From an uncultured Chloroflexia bacterium (GTDB lineage Bacteria > Chloroflexota > Limnocylindria > Limnocylindrales > CSP1-4): a stretch of DNA of 64,000 nucleotides. The notes under the pieces are model-generated. The model searched no databases. It had not been told where the DNA came from and saw nothing but the letters and a program-made list of their open reading frames with translations. This document shows, in pieces, positions 9,581-19,361 of this stretch. The position numbers and the translations under genes are program-made. Each line of letters starts with the position of its first letter. Position 1 is the stretch's first letter. The stretch lies in the NCBI GenBank assembly GCA_963752475.1, contig CAVVYR010000006.1, forward strand, positions 320,001 through 384,000, read 5' to 3'.

Positions 9581-10711
9581 GTGCATCGTCGAAGTCGCAA
9601 GCCACAGCAGGGACAGGCCATCGCCCTCTTCACCCTCGCTCTCTCGGCCCTCATCCTGGCGAGCGCCGTGGTCGTGGATGGCGGGTTCGCTTTCGCCGAG
9701 CGCCGCCAGGCACAGAACGCGGCCGACTTCGCAGCCATCGCCGGAACCCGTATCGTCGGCATCGCCAAGACCGGTCAGCCTGCTGGAGCAGGAACGGCGG
9801 CAAACGTCCGCAACGCGGTCACCTCGACGCTCTCAGCCAACGACGCTTCGCTGGTCAGCGCCCGCTATGTCGACCAGGCCGGCCAGGACCTCGGTGATGT
9901 GACCTCGGCAACGGCTATCCCGCAGGACGCATTCGGCGTCGTCGTCGAGGCCCGGACCGACTGGTCGCCGTTCCTCCTCGGCATCATCGGGGCCGCAGAC
10001 TGGAGTGCGTCCGCGCCGGCCACTGCCTACACGTCCGGCACAAGTGGCGACGGTGGGGTCATGCCCGTGGCTGTGTCTGACACCGCCTACGAGAGCTTGA
10101 CCCAGTGCCTGGTCACGGAGCTCAGCGACTGCATCGGCGACCTTACGCCCGGCACCAACATCAACGCCGGCAGCTTCGGCTGGCTCACGTTCGGACGCAA
10201 GACCAGCAACAAGCATCAGTGCCCGTGGGAGAACAGCCTCAGGATGGACGACAATCCCGACGATTGCGAGCAGAACAACGGCTTCCTGAACCGCCAGATC
10301 GGACCGCCGTCGGTGACCCACGGCTGCTGCGGCCCCGTCGGGGAGGATGATAGTGCGGACCGGATCGGAGCCTACACCGGCAACACACACGGCGACTTCA
10401 GCTACTACATCGAGAACGAACTGGTCGTCTGGGTCCCGATCTATGACGATACCGTCGGCCCACAGGGCTCCGGTTCTGGCGCCTACTACGACATCATCGG
10501 CTTCGGGCCGATAGTGCTGACCGAACAGGACGGCAACTCCAACTCGAGTGCCCACGTGAAGTGGCTGAAGGGCAAGGCCGTCCTCACCGACTGCACGGGC
10601 ACCGATGGTGAGTCGGCCGTGGATTGGTCCATCGAAGGCGCCAGCTACTGCAAGGGCCCGGCCGGCAACTTCACCTTCGGAGCGACTGGGGACGTGCAAC
10701 TCCGTCGCTGA
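9581..10711 (+). CDS. TadG-like pilus-associated protein
   Basis: G|QAIALF, VVDGG...RRQAQNAADFAAIAG Tad N-terminal domain; Cys-rich C-terminus. Confidence 0.85.
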   Translation: MHRRSRKPQQGQAIALFTLALSALILASAVVVDGGFAFAERRQAQNAADFAAIAGTRIVGIAKTGQPAGAGTAANVRNAVTSTLSANDASLVSARYVDQAGQDLGDVTSATAIPQDAFGVVVEARTDWSPFLLGIIGAADWSASAPATAYTSGTSGDGGVMPVAVSDTAYESLTQCLVTELSDCIGDLTPGTNINAGSFGWLTFGRKTSNKHQCPWENSLRMDDNPDDCEQNNGFLNRQIGPPSVTHGCCGPVGEDDSADRIGAYTGNTHGDFSYYIENELVVWVPIYDDTVGPQGSGSGAYYDIIGFGPIVLTEQDGNSNSSAHVKWLKGKAVLTDCTGTDGESAVDWSIEGASYCKGPAGNFTFGATGDVQLRR

Positions 10712-11122
10712 GCGAGCCAGATCGGCGTCGAGGAACAGTAGCGAGCATCGCGGGCTCTGAGCGCGGCAGACTCCGAGACGTTCTACGGGGAGCTACCTTC
10801 GACCTCTGACTGGCCACGCCGCCGTGAGCGCTCCTGGCCTGCGCTTGCAACTGCCAAACCGCTCGGTGGCGTGCCGCCGGCAGGCGCCGAAGCCAGTCGT
10901 GGGCCACGTGGCTCCGTCGATCATCTGCTCGATCAGGGCGGTCGGCAGTGGCAGGGGGCGGTCCGGGAGTCCCTTGGTAGGGGGAACGGGGGCCCTTCGT
11001 ACAGGCGCGACGTACAGGGTTCGTGGGACACGATGCGCACCTAGCGATACGGGGCGCCCACGCCGCTGTGAACCAGGGTGCCCCGGCCAAGTGTCGACCG
11101 AAGAGGACGGACCGCCGGAGCC

Positions 11123-12092
11123 ATGAAGCCCCGCAACCGGGTCACAGACGATCGAGCTGGCTATGGCCAGGCATTGGTCGAGTTCGCCCTCGTGACGCCG
11201 GTCATGCTGCTCATCATGCTGCTGGCCGTCGACTTCGGACGCCTGTTCTTCACCTACGTCTCGGTCAACAACGCGGCGCGCGAAGGAGCGTTACTACGCG
11301 GCCACCCACGCTGCCGACTCCGACTACGTACAGTCGACCTACGAGTCACGCGTGGCCCAGGCGGCGGTCAACGAGGCCAACGCCCAGAGCCAGGGCAGCG
11401 AAGGCGCGCTGACGGTGGCTGTGCCCACGTGCTACGAAGCGTCCACCGGGACCGCGTTGTCCTGCGACACGGCCTCTGACTTCGCGGGCGGTATCGGCAA
11501 TCGCGTGACGGTGTCAGCAAGCCGGACGTTCACCTTCCTGACGCCCATCATCACCGACGTCCTCGGCGGCGAGCTGACGCTATCGGCGTCTGCCACAGCG
11601 CCGGTCATGAACCCGGCGGTGACGCAGATCGTGGCCGTGGCCACGCCGACGCCGGCCACGACGCCGACGCCGACAGCTGGCGCGACTGCGACCCCGACCG
11701 CGACGCCTACCGCCACCCCAACGCCGACACCGACCCCGACACCTACTCCCACCCCCACACCGACACCGAGCCCGACGGTGCCCGGGTTCGTCGTACCCAC
11801 ACCGACGCCCACCCCCACACCGACGCCCACCCCCACACCGACGCCCACCCCCACACCGACGCCCACCCCCACGCCCACGCCGGTGCCGACGCCGTCGATC
11901 TGCATCGTGCCGGACTACTGGCACACGCACTGGAACGACGTCGGTGGCGTACATGCACTCGAGGTGTGGGAAGGAGCCGGCTTCAGCGGGACACTCATCA
12001 ACCTCGCCGGCAGCAAGAAGATCCAGAACCAGTCGTTGGCCGCCGGAGTAGAGGTGGCATGTACATCGAACATGTCGGTCGACAACAACTGA
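11123..12092 (+). CDS. TadE-like minor pilin with Thr-Pro linker and PASTA-like domain (frameshift near 11291)
   Basis: G|[11 protein letters not shown]; paralog of 8124-8987; an extra T in GGAGCG(T)TACTAC splits it into track ORFs 11078 and 11352. Confidence 0.8.
11642..11895 (+). repeat. Thr-Pro coding repeat including 18-bp tandem units
   Basis: ACACCGACGCCCACCCCC repeated; (TP)n translation. Confidence 0.9.
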
Positions 12093-12676
12093 TGCGCCGC
12101 ATTCGATCACGCGACCAGGGCAGGGATGGGGAGCGTGGGCAGGGCCTGGTCGAACTCGCCGTGGTGCTACCGGTGTTCCTGCTCATCGTGTTCGGCCTGG
12201 TCGACGTCGGACGTCTCGTCTACACGAACTCGACGATCTCCCAGGCCGCCCGAGAGGGTGCTCGTCTGGCGGCGACCGAGGCTCGGTGGATCGGCTCCAC
12301 CCATGACGCCTGCGTGGCCGACGAGAGCGGCATCACTTCGGCTCGCCCGGGCGCGCATGTCTGCCCCGCCGACGTGACCGCGCTCAAATCGCACATCGCC
12401 GACGCCGTCGAGCGCATGACGGTCGCGGTAGGACCCATCACCAGCATCCATATCAGTTGCAATGACGGCAGTGGCCTCGATCCGGCGCCGAGCGGCGACT
12501 GGACCGAGGGCTCCGGGGGCAACGGCTGCACCGATGCCGATGGCGATCCCATCTCCGCGAGCGGCGACCTCGTGAGTGTCCGCATCGAGTACACCCACGA
12601 CTTGTTCACTCCCCTCGTCAATTCGTTCGTCCCATCGACCTCGCTGAGCGGGTCGGCGACGATGGCCATCAACTAG
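12092..12676 (+). CDS. TadE-like minor pilin
   Basis: G|QGLVELAVVLP, QAAREGAR; paralog of 8984-9571; TGATG overlap. Confidence 0.85.
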   Translation: MRRIRSRDQGRDGERGQGLVELAVVLPVFLLIVFGLVDVGRLVYTNSTISQAAREGARLAATEARWIGSTHDACVADESGITSARPGAHVCPADVTALKSHIADAVERMTVAVGPITSIHISCNDGSGLDPAPSGDWTEGSGGNGCTDADGDPISASGDLVSVRIEYTHDLFTPLVNSFVPSTSLSGSATMAIN

Positions 12677-12677
12677 G

Positions 12678-13781
12678 GTGACAGCGGTGCGTATGTCCTC
12701 TCGGGAGCATCAGCGCGGCCAGGCACTGGCCCTCTTCGCGATCATGCTCACGGCCCTCGTGCTTGCCTCAGCTGTCGTCGTCGACGGCGGCTACGCCTTT
12801 GCCCAGCGGCGTCAATCCCAGAACGCGGCTGACTTCGCTGCCATGGCCGGCGCTCGCATCATCGGCGCGTCGCTGACGTCCCGGCCGCCTGGTGTCGGCA
12901 CCGCCGCCAACGTGCTTGCGGCTATCGAGACGACGCTGGCAGATAACGAGAGTGGCCTCGTCTCGGCCCGCTACGTCGATCACTCCGGAGGAGATCTCGG
13001 AGACGTCACTACCGCGTCCGCCATCCCCGGCGATGCCTTCGGAGTCGTCGTCGAGGCACGCGCCACATGGCAGCCGTTCCTGCTGGGCACACTCGGCGTC
13101 ACCCAGTGGATCGCCGGTGCCACGGCCACAGCCATGACCATCGGCGAGAGCGAAGGCGGCGCCATCCTGCCGGTAGGCATCGATGAGGACACCTACAACG
13201 GCATGTCCGATTGCGATGCGCATGTGTTGGGCAGCTGTTTCCAGGCCCTTACCCCAGGCGACCTCATCGGTCCAGGATCCTTCGGCTGGCTGAAGTTCGG
13301 ACTGAACGGCAACGGAGGCAAGTGCGACTGGAGCTGGAGTCTGGGCATGGAAGCCGACGGTGGCTGCCAGAACAACCAGCCCTTCCTGCAGTCGCAGATC
13401 TGGCCGGAACCCGACCCGCATGGCTGCTGTGGACCCGTGGACGCGCCTGGGCCAAACGGCGAGGTCAACGAGAACAAGATCGGCGCTCTGACCGGCAACG
13501 AGTGGGGCGACCTCAGCCACTACGTCGACGACCAGGTCCCGGTGTGGGTGCCGATCTACAGCAGCCTCTCCGGCAACGGCTCCAACGCGTACTACAACAT
13601 CGTCGGCTATGGGGCCATCGTCTTCACCGGCTCTGGCACACAGCACGCCAAGTGGCTGCAGGGCTACCGGGTCGACGAGCTGGCCTGCCAGGACCCCTCG
13701 GACCCCAGCATCAAGTACTGCAGCGCCCCCGGCGGTGCCTTCAAATTCGATGTGACCGGCGAGGTCGAACTGCGCTACTGA
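12678..13781 (+). CDS. TadG-like pilus-associated protein
   Basis: G|QALALF, RRQSQNAADFAAMAG; paralog of 9581-10711. Confidence 0.85.
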   Translation: MTAVRMSSREHQRGQALALFAIMLTALVLASAVVVDGGYAFAQRRQSQNAADFAAMAGARIIGASLTSRPPGVGTAANVLAAIETTLADNESGLVSARYVDHSGGDLGDVTTASAIPGDAFGVVVEARATWQPFLLGTLGVTQWIAGATATAMTIGESEGGAILPVGIDEDTYNGMSDCDAHVLGSCFQALTPGDLIGPGSFGWLKFGLNGNGGKCDWSWSLGMEADGGCQNNQPFLQSQIWPEPDPHGCCGPVDAPGPNGEVNENKIGALTGNEWGDLSHYVDDQVPVWVPIYSSLSGNGSNAYYNIVGYGAIVFTGSGTQHAKWLQGYRVDELACQDPSDPSIKYCSAPGGAFKFDVTGEVELRY

Positions 13782-14246
13782 GCCCGGGTGCGTCGCGCCC
13801 CAGTCGAGCGCGCGCACACTCCTGGAGACACCCACGGCACCTCGATCACCGTGGGTGTCTTCGTGTGCGTCCGAGGGCAGCACGAGGCATCACGGCCGCG
13901 ATGGTGACCCTCGCAAGACGGATAGGACCATAGGCTGACGAGCCCGTGACGATGTATCCCCCACCAGTCAAAACGGAAGGTACTCGCCCGTAGGTCCGCC
14001 CAGGGCATGGGACCTGCGGGCTGCTCCATGGCCGGTCCGCTTGGGCAATGGGCGGTCGGGGGTGGTCATGCCTACAGGCCGGCCGCGGTGACGGCGGTGC
14101 GGTGCTCCTTCGAGGCACCGACCATGGTCCTGCTGACGGATGGAAGCGCGCGCCCGAGGATCGGTCTCAGACAACGAAACGGCCTCGACGTACAAGGGCC
14201 ACCAGCGATCACAGCAAGAGAACGGGCAGGGCAAGGAGCAAGCAAG

Positions 14247-14687
14247 ATGCGCAAGATCATCAGCCTCTCGATCGGAGTAGCTCTCGCGGCCACGGTGTTC
14301 GCGGCACTTCCCGCCGCTGCCGGGTCCGCCACCGTCACGCGCGGCGGTGACTGCGGTCTGCCCGGCCTCGATGTCGACGGCGGCCTCATCCGGCCAGGGC
14401 GCATGGGCACCGTCAAGAGGTTCGTCGTGAACGACAACCACGCGAAGCTGACCTGCAAGGGCACCGAGATCGAGAACGACTACGGGCGAACGCATGTGGT
14501 CGCCGGGTTCAGTGTGTGCGGTCTTCCTGCCCGGCGAGGAAGAACCCCCATCGTTGGCATCACCGAGGACTCCTTCGCCAAGATCAGCAAGGACGGCAAC
14601 GCCATCGTGCAGTGCACCCTTCCGATGGAGCAGCTAGAGCGACCGAGCGGAGGCGTAGCCTGCTTCGACAGGCGCCTTGGAGCCTGA
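14247..14687 (+). CDS. Small secreted hypothetical protein with 5 Cys
   Basis: AAGGAG RBS; signal peptide MRKIISLSIGVALAATVFAALPAAA. Confidence 0.7.
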   Translation: MRKIISLSIGVALAATVFAALPAAAGSATVTRGGDCGLPGLDVDGGLIRPGRMGTVKRFVVNDNHAKLTCKGTEIENDYGRTHVVAGFSVCGLPARRGRTPIVGITEDSFAKISKDGNAIVQCTLPMEQLERPSGGVACFDRRLGA

Positions 14688-14746
14688 CTCCGACCCCCGG
14701 GCGGCCCAGCTGATGCAGCTGGGCCGTTCTTCGTGCCCGGGCGCGG

Positions 14747-16198
14747 CTACGTCTGGTCTTCCTCCTGCCCGTCGGATGTGGCCGCGTCAGCGGCGTCTTC
14801 CACCACGTCAGCATCGGCGTCGGTGGAGACGTTGATGTCCACCTCGGCGATGGTGTCGGGCTCGGTGCGAGCCCGGATGGCGCGCTCCTCCGCCGACCCG
14901 GTGAGGTTGGCGTTGTCGAGCGCGTTGTTGAAGACGCTGGCCATGTTGATCCCGGTCAGGTTCTCGATGGCAGCACTGGTCTGGGTCAGGTTGCTGGTGG
15001 TCGTGCGCACGATCTCCGAAGCCCCGTCGGTCGAGAGCACGGTCAGGTTGTCGATCTGGCCGATGGGCTCGGCCGCGGCACGAACGGTGTTGGGCAGGTC
15101 ACGCAGGATCGTGGCCAGGACGGCCGCATCGTTGAAGTGCCGGTACGCCTCCGCTCGCATCTCGAGCGCGGCGGCCTCGGCCTCTCCCTGCTTGTGGATG
15201 ACGGTCGCTTCGGCCTCGCCCTGGAGGCGGACCTTTTCAGCCTCAGCTTGGGCCGCGGCGATGGCGGCGAGACGATCGCCATCGGCGCGCTTGACCACGG
15301 CCTCGGCCTCGGCCTCGGCGGGACGCACGGTGCTCGCCAGCAGCTCCTTGGCCTTGCGCTCGGCTGCCAGCTCGGCGAGCCTTGTCTGTTCCTGCATGAC
15401 CTCCTGGGTCGCCTTGGCTTCGGCCAGAGGACCGGCCTGACCGGCCTGGGCGCGTGCCCTGTCGGTCTCCTGCTTCACGTCGGCTTCACGCAGCTGGACG
15501 CCGCGCTCGGCGTTGAGCTTGATCTGCTCGGCCTCCGCTTCGCGCACCCGGGCTTCCTGGTCCGCGTCAGCCTGGGCCATGCGGGCGTCGCGCTCGCGGC
15601 GGGCCAGCTCCTGGCGTCCCACGAGCTCCATGTACTCGAGCGCCTCGCCGCCGATGGCCTGGATGGTGAAGCTGTCGATGACCAGGCCGGAGGTGGCGAG
15701 GTCGCCGATGGCGGCCGACTGCACGGCCTGCTGGAACTTCTGGCGGTCGAGGTTCAACTCCTCGACGGTGAGCGTGCCGACGATCGAGCGCAATGAGCCC
15801 TCGAGCACGTTCTTGACGATGTCGTCGACCTCGCGGATGTCCGTGCGCAGGAAGCGCTCTGCGGCATTGCGGATGGACGTTTCGTCGGCGCCGACCTTGA
15901 ACGTGGCCACGCCCTCCAGGGCGACCTTGATGCCCTGGCTCGTCACCGCATCGGTGAGCTGGACGTTGATCTGACGGGCCGTCAGCGACAGCCGGCCGAG
16001 CTCGTGCAGCAGGGGCAGCACGATGATGCCGCCGGCACGCACGACCTTGAGCTCCTGGTCGCCGCCTCGACGACCGCTGCGGATGAGGGCCTCATTGGCG
16101 CTGGCGACCTTGTAGCGAGACGCGGCGTAGGCCACGACCAGCGCCAGGATCACCACCAGGAAGAAGACGATCAGGGCTTCTGCACCCAGGCTTGGCAT
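14747..16198 (-). CDS. Flotillin/SPFH-domain protein
   Basis: N-terminal TM, AAERFL, LEGSLRSIVGTLTVEE, Ala/Glu coiled coil, AAAEPIGQIDNLTVL. Confidence 0.92.
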   Translation of the reverse strand: MPSLGAEALIVFFLVVILALVVAYAASRYKVASANEALIRSGRRGGDQELKVVRAGGIIVLPLLHELGRLSLTARQINVQLTDAVTSQGIKVALEGVATFKVGADETSIRNAAERFLRTDIREVDDIVKNVLEGSLRSIVGTLTVEELNLDRQKFQQAVQSAAIGDLATSGLVIDSFTIQAIGGEALEYMELVGRQELARRERDARMAQADADQEARVREAEAEQIKLNAERGVQLREADVKQETDRARAQAGQAGPLAEAKATQEVMQEQTRLAELAAERKAKELLASTVRPAEAEAEAVVKRADGDRLAAIAAAQAEAEKVRLQGEAEATVIHKQGEAEAAALEMRAEAYRHFNDAAVLATILRDLPNTVRAAAEPIGQIDNLTVLSTDGASEIVRTTTSNLTQTSAAIENLTGINMASVFNNALDNANLTGSAEERAIRARTEPDTIAEVDINVSTDADADVVEDAADAATSDGQEEDQT

Positions 16199-16281
16199 GG
16201 TTCGTTCCTCGAGTCGTGAGAGCCTGTGGACGATGCGGGAGGCTCTCGGCTCCCGCGTGGGGTCAGGGGGTCAGTCAGGGG

Positions 16282-16848
16282 TCAGTGGGTCTCGCTGGGG
16301 TCGATGGCAGGCGCCGGTTCGGGGTGGGCCGCGGGTAGCTCCACGATGAGCCCGTTACCGGCCACACCCGTGATGCGCACCATCACGCCCCGCGCGATGT
16401 CGTCCGAGGCCGTGGCGCGGTACTGCTGCGTGGTCCCCTCGACCTCCAGCGAGATCGTGCCCCACGCGGTCCTGGGAATCGACACGAGCACGTACGCTTC
16501 GCGGCCGATGAGGTCCTCCTGGGAGAACGGCGACTCCGTCTCCGAGGTGTAGAGGAAGCGGAACATGGCCCAGGAGAGCGCGCCGCCGGCTGCGCCGAAG
16601 GCCACGCCCACGACAGAGGCCTGCGCGCCGTTCAGCCCCAGCACCTGTGTGCCCAGGAGGCCGCCGATGCCGAACATGGCCACGAACGACAGCAGGATGG
16701 GCATGAGCGAGGTGCCACCCAGGTCGAAATCGAGGAAGTCGAGCAGCCCTCCCAGGATGTCGTCGAGCAGGACGGTGATGAGGAGCAGGGCACCGCCCAC
16801 GATGGCGCAGACCAGGAAGATGAGGTCTGCGGCGCCGCTGTCGAACAC
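16282..16848 (-). CDS. NfeD-like membrane protein (flotillin partner)
   Basis: Three TM segments plus OB-fold C-terminus (LIGREAYV...G.I); GGAGG RBS; upstream of flotillin. Confidence 0.85.
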   Translation of the reverse strand: MFDSGAADLIFLVCAIVGGALLLITVLLDDILGGLLDFLDFDLGGTSLMPILLSFVAMFGIGGLLGTQVLGLNGAQASVVGVAFGAAGGALSWAMFRFLYTSETESPFSQEDLIGREAYVLVSIPRTAWGTISLEVEGTTQQYRATASDDIARGVMVRITGVAGNGLIVELPAAHPEPAPAIDPSETH

Positions 16849-17018
16849 GGACGAGCCTCCAGTCTGCCGGGACGCCGGCACTACGATCGTTGTCGTCTAT
16901 TGTCCGGCAGGAGGGCAATGAGCGTGTGACGGCGGTGCTTCGTCGGCCCGCCTGACGGTCCGCGGGAGTCGGGGTAGCATCCGCCCCGGAGGGACCACCA
17001 CCTGCCCCTGGAGGAACG

Positions 17019-18383
17019 ATGCGCCCCGACAAGTCTCGAACGCTGACCACCGCGCTAGTCGCGCTGCCTGCCGCCCTGGTCCTCTCGCTCGCGCCGGTCG
17101 CGGCACAGGACGCGAGCCCCTCGGTGACCGAGGCCTCGGCCGCTGCCGAGTGTGTGGAACCGGAGGCGTCGCAGGCGCCCGTCACCGACGAAGCGCTGTC
17201 GATGCCGGAAGACTTCCGCATCGCCCTCTTCGACGGCGTCTGGCAGGGTATCCGCGACTACTACATCGACCCGGACACCAACGGCCTCGACTGGGACGCC
17301 ATCGGCGACGAGTACGCCCCGCTGATCATCGCCACCGACAACGCGCACGAGGTCTATGCGCTCCTGGCCGAGATGGTCGAGACCCTCGAAGACCCCTACA
17401 CCGGCTTCTTCCAGCCCGAGGACCTGGGCGATCCCGCCGCCTTCGATCCCAGCTACGGCGGCATCGGCGCACTGCTCGACACCAGTGCCGCGGGCGAGGA
17501 TACGCCCGGCCTGCGCATCCTCTACGTCTTCGAGGGTGGCGCGGCCAAGGATGCCGGCATCGAGGCACGCGACAGCATCATCGGTGTCGAAGGTGACTCC
17601 TGCGCCCGTATCGCCGAGATCCGCGGCCCGGAAGGCACCGACGTCACGCTTACGGTCGTCTCGCCCGGTGAGGAGCCTCGAGATGTCACGCTCGATCGCC
17701 GCCGCATCGACCCGGTCATCGCGCCGGAGGTGCGCCGGCTCGAAGCCGACCCCGCGATCGGCTACCTGCAGGTGCTGGCGCTCTCCGGCCAGGAGGCCGT
17801 CGATGGCATCAAGCAGGGGCTGACCGAGCTGCTGCGCGGCGACGAGCCCCTCGAGGGCCTGGTGCTGGACCTGCGCTCCTCCAACCAGGGCGCACCCGGC
17901 GTGGTGCTCGAGGCGCTGGGCAGCTTCGTGGAGGGCGAGGTCGGCGAGTACCACTCGCGAGTGGGCAACGAGCCCATCGAGGTCAAGCCCAACGAGATCC
18001 ACCCGGACTACGCGGATCGGCCGCTGGCGGTGCTCGTGGATGAGGAGACCGAGGCCGACGCCGAGCAGCTCGCGGCCATCCTGCAGGACCAGGATCGAGC
18101 CACCATCGTGGGTACGCAGACCTCGGGCCAGACGCACGGCGCGACCATGGTCGATCTGCTCGATGGTTCGCTGCTCCAGATCGTCTCGTGGGGCTTCCAG
18201 CTGCCGGACGGGCAGACGCTCGAGGGCGTGGGCGTGACCCCGGATGTCGTCGTCGAGGACGACTGGCTGAGCTATCCGGAGGCAGACGACCCCTTCATCC
18301 TGGCCGCGCTCGAGGTGCTGTCGGCCGCGTCGGACGATGGTGACGTCGCCGAGGAGACCCCCGAGGCCGAAGCCGCGGGATAG
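17019..18383 (+). CDS. S41/CtpA-like protease homolog with PDZ domain, catalytic residues apparently lost
   Basis: LEDPYT, YGGIG, PDZ, LVLDLR, GVGVTPDV; the ASASE motif reads EADAE and the GKG motif reads GQT. Confidence 0.85.
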   Translation: MRPDKSRTLTTALVALPAALVLSLAPVAAQDASPSVTEASAAAECVEPEASQAPVTDEALSMPEDFRIALFDGVWQGIRDYYIDPDTNGLDWDAIGDEYAPLIIATDNAHEVYALLAEMVETLEDPYTGFFQPEDLGDPAAFDPSYGGIGALLDTSAAGEDTPGLRILYVFEGGAAKDAGIEARDSIIGVEGDSCARIAEIRGPEGTDVTLTVVSPGEEPRDVTLDRRRIDPVIAPEVRRLEADPAIGYLQVLALSGQEAVDGIKQGLTELLRGDEPLEGLVLDLRSSNQGAPGVVLEALGSFVEGEVGEYHSRVGNEPIEVKPNEIHPDYADRPLAVLVDEETEADAEQLAAILQDQDRATIVGTQTSGQTHGATMVDLLDGSLLQIVSWGFQLPDGQTLEGVGVTPDVVVEDDWLSYPEADDPFILAALEVLSAASDDGDVAEETPEAEAAG

Positions 18384-19361
18384 AGGTGGCAGGCCACCTC
18401 GTGGCCACCATCGAGCTCGACCAGCGGCGGGATCTCGCGCTCACACGTGCCCGCGATGGCGGCCGGACAGCGGGGCGCGAAGGCGCAGCCGATGGGCAGG
18501 TCACCGGCATCGGGTGGCTCGCCGCCGACCACCGGACGCTGGCGTAGCCGGTTCTGTGGATCGGCCTCGGGCACCGCGGCCAGTAGCGCCTGCGTGTAGG
18601 GGTGCCGAGCGTCCTCGATGAGGGCCTCGGCCGGCGCCAGCTCCACGATGCGCCCCGCGTACATGACCGCGATGCGGTCGGCGAAGTGACGGGCGCTCGC
18701 GAGGTCATGGGTGATGTAGAGGAAGGTCAGGTCGCGCTGCGCCTGCAGCTCCTTGAGCAGGTACAGGATCTCCGCTCGGCTTGAGGCGTCGATCATCGAC
18801 ACCGGTTCGTCGGCCACGAGGTAGTCGGGCTCGAGCACCATCGCGCGCGCGATCGAGACGCGTTGCCGCTGGCCGCCCGAGAGCGTGTGCGGGTACTTGT
18901 CGGCGAACTCGGTGGCCGGCCTGAGCTTGACCTGCTCGAGGGCCTCGATGACCGCGGCATCCTGCTCCGAGCGGTCCGAAGGGCCGTGGATGACGAGCGG
19001 CTCAGCCACCAGGTCACCGACGCGCATGTACGGGCTGAGGCTGGAGAACGGGTCCTGGAAGATGGCCTGCGCTCGCCGGCGGAACGAGAGCATGGCCGCT
19101 CCCTCGAGCCCGGCGATGTCCTCGCCCTCGAAGACGACCTGGCCGTCACTGGCATCGACGAGGCGGAGGGTGGCGCGCCCCAACGTCGTCTTGCCGCTGC
19201 CGGACTCGCCCACGACGGCCACCGTCTCGCCCATGGCCAGGTCGAGCGAGACGTCGGTGACAGCGGCGATGGGCCGCTCGCTGAAGAACGACTTGCGCAC
19301 GTAGAAGCGCACCGACAGTCCTTCGATGCGCAGCACCGGCCCGTCCTCGGCCGTCCACTCG
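18272..19361 (-). CDS. Oligopeptide ABC ATP-binding protein (OppF/DppF-like), native start removed at the IS junction
   Basis: GESGSGKT, LSGGQRQR, DEP, HPYT, C-terminal Cys cluster. Confidence 0.9.

Noticed and set aside
10846-10910. c-di-GMP-I riboswitch
   Set aside because: Only loose similarity (GCCAAACC...GAAGCC); lacks the GNRA tetraloop and GGGACGCAAAG core.
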